This document shows, piece by piece, positions 1 to 13,574 of a stretch of DNA of 64,000 nt. Origin of the DNA: Neocallimastix sp. 'constans' (lineage: Eukaryota); the NCBI GenBank assembly GCA_050613775.1, contig JBODTK010000109.1:186001-250000 (forward strand), read 5' to 3'. Each line of letters starts with the position of its first letter. Position 1 is the stretch's first letter. The notes under the pieces were generated by a model. It saw nothing but the letters and a program-made list of their open reading frames with translations. It was not told the DNA's origin and did not search any database. A program made the position numbers and the translations under genes.

Positions 1-1011
1 TATATATATTTTTATGATGATAAAAAAATAAATAATCTATATTAATAATCTAATATATATTTTTTTATAAATAGCAATAGAATTATTTATACAATTATTA
101 ATCAAACTTTTTTTACAATTACTATTTTTATTATCAGTAAATTATTATTATGTTTTTAATTAATAATTATTTATTATTTAACTATTTATTATATTATTTA
201 TTAATTATTATATATAAATAATAAATAATATTTATTGTTTAATTAAAAAAATACTTTTATTTTTTTTTTTTAGATAATATTCATATGAATTATAGGATTT
301 TTAATATAATTATAATATTATATTAAAAATAATTTAAATATGAATTAAAAAAATATTTATTTATTTTCATTGATAATAAGATATTTTTATATATAAGCAT
401 ATACTATTGATAATTAAAAAAGAAGTAAAAAAAGTTTACAATAAAACAAATAAAACATTTATTATACTTTTTACTGATTAAATATAAGAATATAGAAATT
501 GCATATATTATTTAATTATATATTATTTAAATTAGACACTAAATAATATGCATCAGATATAAAATTTAGCACTTTAAATATAAAATTTTAATTAAGTAAA
601 TAAGTATATTATTAACATAATTAAATAAACATTTTTCATTTTTAATCTTTTCTTTTATATATATGAATTATTTATTATACTTTTATACCAATATTACATT
701 ACACTTCATTATATTAAATACTATAATGTCAAAATAAATAAATTATTCATATATTATTATATAATATAATTTACCCAAAAAATAATATATTTCATTTTTT
801 TTTAATTATAATTAATGAATAAAATAAGATTACATTTATTTAATATGTAATATTATAATGTTTACATATAAATTTTATTATTAAATTTTACTATAATTAA
901 TATTATTAAATAGAATTTATTTCTTTTTAGACGATATATATATGTAATGTAATAAAGTAATATAATAAAAAATAAAGGCTTTTTTAAATATTTAATAAAT
1001 ATTTTATTTTT

Positions 1012-1068
<57 letters not shown>

Positions 1069-1839
1069 AAATTATTATTATTTATTCAAATTATAATAAT
1101 AAATTCAATATTGAATCCAAGGAAAAAAGAAAACAAAAAAAAAATATATATATATTTGTAAAAAGGGAAAGGATAATAAAAGATAATAAAAGGTATATAT
1201 ATATTTTAAAATAAAATAAATAAGAAAGAAAATATAAAATAAAATTCGCAATACTAAACTTCGAGTGAAAAAGAATAATTATCTTTCAAATAATATTTGT
1301 TCTTAATATGTATATAACATAAATAAAATAAAACAAAATAAAATAGAAATTATCATTAGATATTTATAAAATTTAATTAAATATTTTATTAATTTATAAA
1401 TTATTCAAATAAAAATTTAAAATTATAATAAAAATAATTTTTAATAATTTAATACATTCAAACAAATTTACATAAATGAAACATATGAATATTTACATAT
1501 AACTGTATAAATTGTTGAGCTGATAAGTGAAAAATAATAATTAAATTAAAAAATTAAATAACTTTTATAGCATTTGAAGAATAGAATATAAAACAAAAAA
1601 GCAAATAATATATATATCGAAAATATTACATGCAAAATAATTTTTCATTAAAAATAAAACAAGAGTATATAATGTATATATGTATATTATATTATTAAAT
1701 AAACATTCATATAATATCATAAATGTTTATTCTATTGTTATAATTATTAAAGTTTTAATTATATCAATAATATAAGCGATTATAATGATTATAATAATTA
1801 TTTTAATAAATTATATAAACTAAATAGTTTATATAATCA

Positions 1840-1876
<37 letters not shown>

Positions 1877-2456
1877 AAAAATTTAATTGAACAAAATATT
1901 TGATAGATAAGAAATTATATATAATATTCAAATATTTTAAAATTTCCACAATTATATATCATAATTGTCTTGTTATATCCACAAATTCAAATCACAAAGA
2001 AGTTTAAATTTATATTTGTATCAAATAAATATTAAATCTTTATTTTTTTGAATAATTTATAAATTTTTATAAATAATTTTAACTTTAAAATATAGAATAC
2101 AATTTATATTCAGTATTATTATAATATTATTTGTTATAAAATATATAATTTCAAAATTCAAATATTAAATTTTAATAAAATTATTCAGAAATATTATATA
2201 TATTATTCATATTTTTTCATATATAATATTTCAATTCTTATTTTACTAATTTAATTTTTTTTTTTTTTTTTTTTTTTAAATATTCTTTTAATATTATTAT
2301 TATTATATTATTACTATATTATTATTATTATGATGATTGTTATTATTATGATTATTATTATTTAGACACTAGAGTTAGTCGTAATAATTAAAGTACTAAT
2401 AATAACAATAAATAAAAAAAGTAATTATTACTAAAAAATATAAAATTAAATTGAAA

Positions 2457-3259
2457 ATGAGTCAGACAAATTCTAAAGGAGAATCACTTCTTCCACCTGC
2501 GACCGTAAATAATTCGACTAACCCAACTTCAAAAGGAGAGTCCTTATTTAAATTTGATAATATGTTAGACGATTTGAACGATGAATGTTTTAGTTCAAAA
2601 AGAAAACAACAACTTTTGTTGGGAATTTACTCACTTGATACAATTATACATTATATGGATGAATTCAAAATTGGAAAATGTTTAAAAGCTCAAGGAATTA
2701 GTGAGTATTATTTTGAGTTAGATACCTCCGATTGGTATATTCATAAATTTTATGTATGGATGGGTCAAAAAGACATAACACCGAAAGATGAGTCACATTT
2801 ATTGGCAGAAATGTGGTTTAGAAGAGTACAAAATATTCACCAAGTTCGTGGTATTGCGGATGTTGCATATACTGATCATTATACAGAATCAAAACGTAGA
2901 GCACATACAGCAATAAGTCAAATTTCACCTCGTACTACAGAAGATCAAATTCCAGAAATTTATCATAGTCATGACAATTATTTATTAGTAAACGCAGCAC
3001 CTCTTTTAAAAAGTACTTTTCTTAAATTAGAACATATTGATTTTATTGTTGTAGAATGGACAAGAATGCAAAATCCAACTGTAAGTCCATATAGCTATCA
3101 CACAAATATTAAACATGAACGTATTTTAATGAATATACCTAATTCTAATCACCTTACTTCTGATAATCAAACCAATTCTTCAGATACCAATAATAATATA
3201 AATTCAGTGACTAATAATACTGATGTTAATACTAATAATACTAATACTAATACTAATAC

Positions 3260-3308
<49 letters not shown>

Positions 3309-4325
3309 GAAAAGAATGATAATAGCAACAATAACAATAATAATGATGATAATAATACAAATACATGTGTAGATCCATTTCTTCTTTTACCGGGTCAAAA
3401 TTATCCAAGTCTAGGTATTGGTCGTATTATTGATAAAGTTTTATTTAGAATATCCATGGATGATAATAAAGATGGTATTTTAAATGTACCATTATATTTT
3501 CATAATGCTGTATTTTATCAGAAGGAGAACTATCATTTTGTTAATCCAATATTTGAAGGTATATATGAAACTATGTATAGAGATTTACTACCATGGATTA
3601 AAGAAAAAGGCTTAGGATATGTAGCTCATGGTCTCTTACGTGGTTTAGTTAAAGCATGGGTTACGTTTGAATATGTAGAAATTATAGGTAAGGAAGATGA
3701 AGATGAAAATGCACTTGAGGATTATGGAGATGGTGAAAGTAATATAATTGAAGAAGAAAAAAATAATACCCCCAAGGATAATGAAGAAATTAATAATAAC
3801 AAAGATGATAAAATTTCAGAAGAAGAAGAGTTAAATAATGAAAATGAAAATAGACCAATACGGGTTGAGTTTGAAAATGGTGTACCCATTCCAGTAACAA
3901 AACGTAATCGCAGTCGTAGTCCTATTTCAAGGCAAAGTCCAGAATCAGATGATGTTGCGAAATCTTTTGATGATAATGACGATGTGAAATCCTTCAAATC
4001 AGATTTTGATTCTGGTGATGATGAAGAAATAACACAGCCAAAAGCTAAATCAAAAAAAATTGTTTATCAACTTCCTAAAAAGAATGGTAGACCATATGCT
4101 ACTGTAAGATGGAAAGGTTTAGATATGATGTATCCAATATCGCAAACTATGAAAAACTTCTATAATAGTAAAAATTATAAAAAACTTAAAGAAGAATATA
4201 CTGGTTCTGGTGTATTTTGGATTGATTCTGAAACAAATAGCCTCTTAACTGAAAAAGATTGGCAAATGGCGGTTTATGCTAACGATGTGGATACTCGACC
4301 AGCATCTCAATTAAAATTTAAATAA
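2457..4325 (+). CDS. Intronless protein with a GNAT-like acetyltransferase fold, interrupted by poly-Asn and acidic insertions
   Basis: Open 622-codon ORF from ATG 2457. PGQNYPSLGIG resembles the GNAT acetyl-CoA loop and HNAVFYQKENYHF resembles motif B. VEWTRMQNP...LLPGQ.YP.LG recalls uncharacterised bacterial domains. The CDS is secure; the product is inferred. Confidence 0.7.
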
Positions 4326-5355
4326 ATAAATTTAATGTCAGCATTAAAATAATAATAATAATAAGAAGAAGAATAAAATACCAAAATCATTAATCATCTA
4401 AATGATATAATACAAAATATAATATCGATATTAATTATATATATATAAAAAAAAAAAAAATTATAATTAAAAATAAGGTAAAGAAAAGATAATAATAAAT
4501 TTTAATAAATATAGCTATAGCTATAATAAATTATAACAAGTATATATTTTAATATTTAATAATGATAAATATATAAATTAAAAATAAACAAATAAAATAA
4601 AATAAAATAAATAAAAATAATATTATAAAAAAAAAGAATAATAATTATAATAATAATTAAATCTTTTACTTAATATATCATATAGTAAAATGTATATATA
4701 TTTATATAAATGTATATAATAAAGTTTTAAGCATAACAAATAAAGTATATATTTAAAAAAAAAAAATAAATAAATAAAAATAAATAAATATATAAAAGAA
4801 ATTTATTTACAAATATAATATTTATATTATTAATATATAACTATAAATATTATAAATGTTTTAAAAAGTATTTTTTAATAGGAAATATAATCACATAAAT
4901 CAATAAAATATTAACAAGTAAAATCAATCATTTTTCAAGTTCTGTCTAGAAAGGTGTCCTTATTATTATAGATAAAATAGTAATCTTAAATTGGAACATT
5001 AATTTTTTAAATGCTATCTTTTCCATGAATTTCGAATGAAATATTTTAAGGATATTGAAATTTTTTATGAAAAATTTTTTATCATATCTATTTTCCAATA
5101 TCAAATAGTAATGTAAACACTATTATCACAGATATGAATAATATTGAATCAAATACAGATTTTGATAGTAGTAACAAAATTTATAACATTAATAATAATA
5201 ATAATAATAGTAATAATATTGTTAATACAGAAGAATTGGTGATAGAGAAAATAGGAATATTAACATTAGTGATAGTGAAAATAATATAGTGAATAGTTCC
5301 AATGATGAAAATCATGTTAATTTAAGTAATTTTCTGAATAATGAGTGTGTAAATA

Positions 5356-5692
5356 TATATGTGATGTGGTACCGATTATTTATTTTAATTATAAAATGGA
5401 ATGAGATGTTTTTGTTTAAGAAACAAATCATTTCGGGAGATTATTTTAAAACGTCATTCTTGGTGCAATCTGCGGCTCTCTTTATAGAAATTATGCCTAG
5501 GGCTAGTACTCAACAAGGGTTGCTATTCCGAAAGTATAAATGCATACTAACCAGGAGGGTCAACGCTAAAAAATGCAGTAAGGCAGGCAGCAGGGCCAAT
5601 GTCTCTAAAGGAGAAGTCCATAATATCTTTCAGGTAGTCTATTCAAGTCTAATCCATAAGGAAATGAGGTTCGTTACATATGAATTTTTTTT
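5356..5692 (+). ncRNA. Candidate structured non-coding RNA or mobile-element remnant (island A)
   Basis: GC-rich island with several hairpins. Ends can pair (ATATGTGATG 5357-5366 with CGTTACATAT 5672-5681, two G-U pairs) and a T-run follows. Core 5550-5598 is shared with 15563-15611. Confidence 0.35.
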
Positions 5693-6648
5693 CTAAATTT
5701 ATTTATACACTTTATTTTGAATATTGCTTTTTATTTCACGTTACTTTTTTAATATTATTAAATTCTAATTGGACAAATAATATTTATTTTTTTTATTAAT
5801 TGTGTGTTTTTAATTGTAATATAAAAAATATTTCATGTAATTAATAAATGAATAAATAAATAAAGATTAAAGTTCTTAATAATTGCAGCTATAAAAAAAA
5901 AAAAAAAAAACAACATTTTTCTGGTCAAAAAAAAAAAGGGAATAATAATTAATAAATATTTATTAAATATCAATTATTTTTTAAAATCACTTTTAAATGA
6001 AATTTTTCTTTAATATAACTCTATATATATTTTTTTAAATTTATAAATTTATAATAAATAGTTAGAGTTTTAAAATTATAAAAAATTTCTTTATACTATG
6101 TATTAATTCAAAAAACAAACTACATTATTTTACTATTATTATTATTATAATTATTATTGATAGTAGTAGTAATATAACAATATAATAGTAATAGTAAAAT
6201 GATGGTAACATAATAATTATAAAGTATTCACCATCTTTTATATATTTTTAATTAAAAAAAAATATATATATATTTCTTTCTTTCTTTCTTTTTTTTTTCT
6301 TAAAAAAATCATTGTAAAATATTTAAAAAATAAAATATATAAATTTATAAACATCTTTCATATTGTATTATAATTATTCTATATAAAGTATAAAGAAAAG
6401 TTTAAAATTTATTTTATTTTATTTTTTTTTTTTTTTCTTTTACTGTATAGATTATGTTTAAAATAAATTATTAAATAATTCTAAAAGTTGTTATTTAAAA
6501 AAAATAATAATTATAATATAATAAAAAAAAAAAAAAAAAAAAAAAGAAAAAGAAAAAAGAAATGAACATTTCATTTAATAATAATAATAATAATAATAGT
6601 AATAATAATAATAGTAAATAAATAAATATAAAAATTAAAGATTGCTGA

Positions 6649-6679
<31 letters not shown>

Positions 6680-6922
6680 CTAAAAATTTATAAATAAAAA
6701 TCTGTTTTCTAAATATTAATATATTAATTCTCTTATATATATTTTCATTATTTATTTTTGTATCTTTATATCACCTTTCTCCTTTTAATTCTTCTTTTCT
6801 CTTCTTTTTTAAACAATATATTATAATATAAATCTGAAAAAAAACTTTATATTATAATTTTTTTTTCTTTTTTTTTTTTTTTTTGGTTACGATATTAATT
6901 ATTGTGATTATTATTGAGTTAT

Positions 6923-8060
6923 TTACTTTCTACCACGGAAACCACCTCCTGAGCCACCACGACCACGGAAACCACCTCTAGAACCACCACGACTACCAAA
7001 ACTACCTCTGGAACCACCACGACCACCTCTGGAGCCACCACGACCTCCAAAACCGCCTCTAGAACCACCACGGCCACCACGTTTGTTACCGAGCATACCT
7101 TGTCTATTTAATGGTTTTTCAACTAACAATAAAAAATATTATAATGAAATAAGAATTACTTTTAGTCAAAAAAAAATTTTTTTTTTTTTGCTTTATTTTT
7201 AATAAATTATTTCTAATGTATAAAATTATAAATCATTTTATAATTAATTTTAATATTTACTTTTACCAACAGCCTTTGGCTTTGGAAGGAATCTTTCTAA
7301 AGGTAAAAGCTTGTCTGGTGATATGTAAACTTTATCTTTTTCCTTAAAGGAAGAGGCAACAACACCATCTTGAAGTTTTACTGTGAAATACTAAATTAAT
7401 TACATAATACAAAATATATAAAATATATAAAATTATTAATAATTTTATTTAATATTATTGTTTTTTTAAAGATTAAGTACAAAATTTATAAGTATTAAAT
7501 TATTAATAATTTATATTTATTTGTTAATAAATTATATTTATTAAAATTAATATGTTATTTAATTAATACTTACAACTTCAGTGAATGGACCAAGGATTTC
7601 TTCAACTTTACCAATTTGAGTTTTATTTTCAAGATAGATCGGGGCATTGAAATATGGAATTTTAGTATTAATTGATTTACAAACCTAATAAATTAAAGTA
7701 TCCATATATTATTATAAATTAATATTGCAATGTAATAATAATTATATATTTATATAAACATTTAAAAATGTTTAAAATTAGATATTTAGTCTTCTTTTGT
7801 AATCACCATTTCACCATGACATTCATGCATAAATTCTCCCATAGCTACATTTATATATTATAATTTTGATCAATGAAATAATATTTTAAAAATATATTTT
7901 TAGTTTAAAAGTAATATTCATATAAGAATATTTCTTAATAATAGAGTACAAATTTCATAAATCTAAATTCGAATTTCAACAATAATTATTTTTGTCATTA
8001 ATGCTAATTTTACATTTAAACATTTATACATTATTTCTTTATTCCATTCTCTTTTTATTT

Positions 8061-8106
<46 letters not shown>

Positions 8107-8592
8107 GTTATAATATATAATATATTAAACCTTTTAATTACTAGTAATTTCCTTATCATTGAATTTTGTTTGCTTTAAAAAAAAAAAAAGATTAATAACT
8201 TAAAAATAATCGTTTGAATAATATATTAATTTCCAATTTCATAAAAAAGAAATAATAAAATTTATAGAACTTAATAGAACTTTATAGAACTTGAGTATCA
8301 TTAAAGTGAAGTAAAATGAAGTAATTTTTAAGAACTTTCATTTCTAAATTAAGTTAAAATTTACATTTTATAAAATGATTATTTGAATAAAACGAAAAAA
8401 CTAATACTTTATTATTTTCTTTTCATAAATAATTTATTGCAATTCATAATTCCCTTTAATAATAAACTTTTTAAAAAAAACTATTGCAAGTAATTGTCAA
8501 TAATTACCAACGACAGTATCTGGTGGACCTTGTGGGGCATTAAAACTGCCACGTCCACGACCTCTATTATTTCCACGTCCACGAAAAGACAT
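6923..8592 (-). CDS. GAR1: H/ACA snoRNP subunit Gar1 (5 exons)
   Basis: Exons 8592-8508, 7844-7807, 7684-7574, 7390-about 7262/7267, 7122-6923 with GT-AG introns. Translation includes MSFRGRG...[53 protein letters not shown]...[15 protein letters not shown] and an RGG tail. Confidence 0.96.
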
Positions 8593-8912
8593 TTGTTTAT
8601 GATTTTTATATGATAATACTGTATATCTTTATAAAATTATATATGTAAATTGTTTATATTATTGGAAGAAGTATTTTAATTGAATATGAATAATTATATA
8701 ATACATGTTACATATAATATATAATAAAAAATGAATAAAAATAATAAATTATTAATATATATTACAATAAATCATAACATTAATAGTTATTTTATAATTA
8801 TTATAATTAAAATTATTAATATTTCAATATTTTCAAATACATTATAATCTAGCTCAATAAAAAACCCACTTTATAAAAGAATATTTTATTATTTATAATA
8901 TTTTATTATTTA

Positions 8913-8963
<51 letters not shown>

Positions 8964-9954
8964 ACTATATCATATATTCAATTAAATGTTAATAATAATA
9001 ATCTAATATATGAATTATTTATTAGGTATAAATGAATTATTTAATTATTTATAATTATTTTTTTTAATAAAAATATTAAAATATTTGATCCTTTCAACCA
9101 ATCATATAATAATTAGTAATTTGAAATATTATAGTATATAATAAAAAAGCATCTTTAAATTTTTTTATAAAAATAATTTATATTTCATAGTAAAAATATT
9201 ATGTATACGTAAAAATTTCTAAATTTATGTTTAATTATAACCATTATAAATAATCATATAAAAAAAAAAAGGAAAAGTTCTATTACCATAATATATTTTT
9301 CAATTTAAATTAATGCTGTTATTTTTTTTTTTATAAATTAATGTTTATTTTAGAATTTAATATAATTTAAATAATTGAAAAGTATATATTTAATCAATGA
9401 ATAGATAATTATAATTATAAACTATATAATAATTTCAAAAATAATTATTAAATTTATATAAAGCTGTTACACTTTAAAATTATTGATTAAATAGTTTAAA
9501 AATAATTTAAATTTTTGAAATAGATAAATATAAATATTTTAATTATTAATATATAATTTAGTATTTATAAAAAATTATATAAATTTATTGATATATGAAC
9601 GTACAGTATACTTAAAAGATAAAACTTATTCATATTAATATATTTGAATAAAGCATATCTGATTATTGATTATAAGTTTAATATAATATGCTATAAATTT
9701 TATAAATTTTTTTATTTATTTTTTATTTTATTTTTTATTTTATTTTTTTTTTATTTTTTTTTTTGTAAATCTATTAATTATTATCTTACTTTTTTTTTTT
9801 CATTTATTTATTTTTTTTTATAAATAAGTATATTAATATATTATTTTTAATTTTATTTTTATTAATAATTATGCTAAATAACATTACACCTTTTTTATTT
9901 GTGTATTATATAATAATTGTTATTTCATCTTTTATTTTAAATATAAATAATATT

Positions 9955-9997
<43 letters not shown>

Positions 9998-11009
9998 ATA
10001 ATAATTATTAATAATGAAAAAATAAATGTCGAACACCAAGAAGAATAATTTTCATTAAAATTTGTTAAATTCACTATACAAATATCTAAAGTTAGATTTT
10101 TAACAATAGTATTTTTTATATAATAAAAATATTATATGATAACCAAAAAGAAATTTTATATAAATAATAAATAATTTATATTTATATAAAAAAAAAAAAA
10201 AAAATGAAGATTGTGTAACTATAACTATTATACAAAACAAGTTAAAATTTAAAATTTAAAATTTATTTATTTTTTATTTTTATTTGTACTTCAATTTTTT
10301 ATATTAATAAAGAAAACGATTTATAACGATATAATTCATTTGTGACGGTATTTTTTTTAACGATTTATAACGACATATTTTAAAAGAAATCAAGCAATAC
10401 TAATTACATTTTATTATTAAATCAATTTAGGTTTTGTATAATAATTATTATAATTATCTAAGTAATTGTTACACTTTATATATAATATAAATTATTTTAG
10501 TTATTATAATAATATTATGTATGTTAGCAATTACAGTTATATATTTTAATAAATAATATTATATATACATATTATGATTCATATACCAATATAAACGAAC
10601 TTTAACACCAAAAATAGACTTTTTTTTATAAGAATACTATTATGAAAGAATAATTTATTAAATTCTATAAAAATTTTTATTATAACGTCTATATTAAAAG
10701 TTTTTCTTTTATTCTATTGTTTTACTTTAGTTTAAATATTAATAATATTAATAAAATTATATAGTTACTAAAATTTATCTTTTAAATATATAAATATTTA
10801 TTTTAAGGAATTTTATTTTATTTTTTTATTTTATTTTTTATTTTATTTTTTATTTTATTTTTTATTTTATTTTTTATGTTATTTATCAATAATACATACT
10901 AAATAATAATTGAATAATAAATAATTAATAATAAATAATAATTAAATAATAAATAATTAATAATATATAGTAGATAATAAATAATAAATAATAGATATTA
11001 CAATAAAAA

Positions 11010-11145
11010 AAATTCTGAATTAGTATTCTCCAAAGTAGATTGAATGACTTTAAAAGATAAAAATTATAATAAAATATAATATATTTGTTGATGGAATTGT
11101 ATGGCTTGTTAAAAATAAGGTAATTTTTTCGTTTTTCCACTATAA
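11010..11145 (+). pseudogene. Highly degraded metacaspase relic
   Basis: Three collinear matches to the neighbouring metacaspases: TTCTGAATTAGT (11013; identical at 30918), ATGGCTTGTT (11101; WLV codons) and TTCCACTATA (11135; FHY codons, identical at 14112). Local reading is FVDGIVWLVK. No intact frame. Confidence 0.5.
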
Positions 11146-11669
11146 AATTAAAAATTCAAAGTCTAATGTTCTAATGAAATTAAGCTTTTCAATTATTTTT
11201 GAGTAAAAAAGTTTAAATATATTGCTTCTACTTCATGTAATTAAATATCATATCATAAACTATTATTTTTATTTTATTTACTAAGATGAATATTTAGAAA
11301 ATATAAATAAAAAAATAATAAATAATTATTGTTATTAAAAGATATCTGATAGTATAGTATATATATTCTCAACATATTTAGTATTTTATTGAATGATTTA
11401 TGAACTATGGTTAAAAATTTTTTCAAGTAGAAAGTGCAATTAATTATAAAAAAATTTATTTAGTTATTAATCATAATATTCATATATATTATTAATATGT
11501 TTTTTTTTTTTTTTCTTTTTTTTTTTATATAAAAAAAAAAAACATATTAATGACATATTTTATAAACATTATTAAAATATATAATATTACAACAATATAT
11601 ATTTAAATATTAGATTCTTTAGTCGAATTTTAATTAATAAAAATTCAAAAAAATACAATAGTTATTTAA

Positions 11670-11767
11670 TAAATAAATAATAAATAATAAATAATAAATA
11701 ATAAATAATAAATAATAAATAATAAATAATAAATAATAAATAATAAATAATAAATAATAAATAATAA
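11670..11767. repeat. (TAAATAA)n heptanucleotide microsatellite
   Basis: Direct inspection; a similar tract lies at about 23300-23580. Confidence 0.9.
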
Positions 11768-12538
11768 GCAATTATCTCATATTTTTTTATCCTAATAAAG
11801 TTAGAATAATTTTAATCCAAAATTAATCCTACTTTATATTTTTTTATCTTAATTATATTAATTAAAATGGATAAAAATTTTTTCCATAAATATTAATAGT
11901 TTTAATTATCAATTATTCTATATTTGATATATTATAGATTATTAATGTTTATAATATATTTATAAATATATTGAAATTTATTACATTATATTTAAGTTCA
12001 ATTATTAATTCATAGTTCTTGGACTGAAAATAAAAAAAAAAATGGCTAGGACAAATTTTTAATAATTAGTGTGTATGTTACATTTTCATTATTTTAATTT
12101 ATTAACATCAATTAATTAAATATTAATAAACCTAATAATAAATAATTATAACTATATTTAGATTCATTTATTATTATCTAAATAAATACATTAAATATTT
12201 CATTATCCTCTAATACATATAATATATATAATAATATTCTTATTTAAAAGCTTCATGACAGTATAAAATATTAATATAAATAGTTTTTTAATATAAATAT
12301 TCATATCGAAAAATTGAAATTGAAAGATAATGCTAATAATATATTATAAATATACAGTTTGAATTTAATTATAATATATTACTACTTATTATGAAATTTA
12401 AAATAAAGTTTTAATTTATTACTATAACATATTTTATAAATCTTTAAATAAAATATATTTTATAAAGTTTGATATAAAAAATGGCTGATACATTTAAAAT
12501 ATTATTATTTATTATAATTCAAATTTAATTAAATATAC

Positions 12539-12621
12539 TAATAATCTTTTATTATTCAATTTATTAATATTATATATAAATCATATATAATATTAATAAA
12601 TTGAATAATAAAAGATTATTA
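12539..12621. repeat. Perfect 39-bp inverted repeat with 5-nt spacer
   Basis: 12539-12577 TAATAATCTTTTATTATTCAATTTATTAATATTATATAT is the exact reverse complement of 12583-12621; loop AAATC. Confidence 0.92.
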
Positions 12622-13207
12622 TATCAAACTTCTTAACTTCTTAAATAAAAAATAATTTTCTAATAAAAGCCACATTTAATTACATTATTTAAAAATTGTA
12701 AATAATAATTATTTATATTACTTTAATAATTTTTAATTTACATATTTGTTAATATTTAATATAAAATTTTATAAAAACAATGTATTTTAATATATTTAAC
12801 TCTAAAGTATTAATATAATTATATATAATATTATTTTAATGTCAAATTGAGTTTTAATATATTAAAAATTGATATACGATTTCATTCAAACATCATACAA
12901 TTATAATTAATAAAAATAAAGTCGTAATAAGTATTAATTATAGATAAATTAAAATATACATAAAAAAAAAATGAACTAGTGATAATAATAAATAAATAAA
13001 TAAATATATTAATTAATAAATATATTAATTGATTAATAAATAAATAAATAAATAAATAAATAGTAATTAAAAATTATACTATATTTGATAATTAATCAAA
13101 AAAAAAAAAAATCATATAAAAGTCAGTCGATTTCTCTAAAAATTTTTACAACTAAAACAATTGAAAAGTGGTTAAATTTTATTTTAACTATTAAAATAAG
13201 TAATTAA

Positions 13208-13218
13208 AAGGTTAATAT
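13208..13218 (+). promoter_or_regulatory. AAGGTTAATAT motif upstream of metacaspase 1
   Basis: The identical 11-mer lies about 370-610 nt upstream of all four metacaspase ATGs. Confidence 0.4.
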
Positions 13219-13574
13219 TAAGAGAAAAAATAAAAGTTTAATGTTAATAAAAGAATATATGTAGTATATGAGCGAAGACAAATTAAATAGTAGAGTAATT
13301 AAATAAAATAATATAGTTTTAGATATAACTGAAAATTTTTAAATAAAAAAAAAAAGATATTAATATGTAATTTAAATTATATAAATAGAAATTAATAGTG
13401 TTATATATTTTATTATTTTTAAGAAATAAAGTTGGGTATAACAATAGATTAAATATGCTTAAAAATATTGGTGTTCTTTTTATATAAATAATAATTTAAT
13501 TGCTAATAATTAAATAAAATACTAATTTTTAAAATACTTTTAAATAATTTATTTATTTATAATTAGAATTTAAT

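Noticed and set aside
5289..5696. 135-aa ORF as a real gene
   Set aside because: GTG start, no recognisable domain, and it spans two compositionally different segments.
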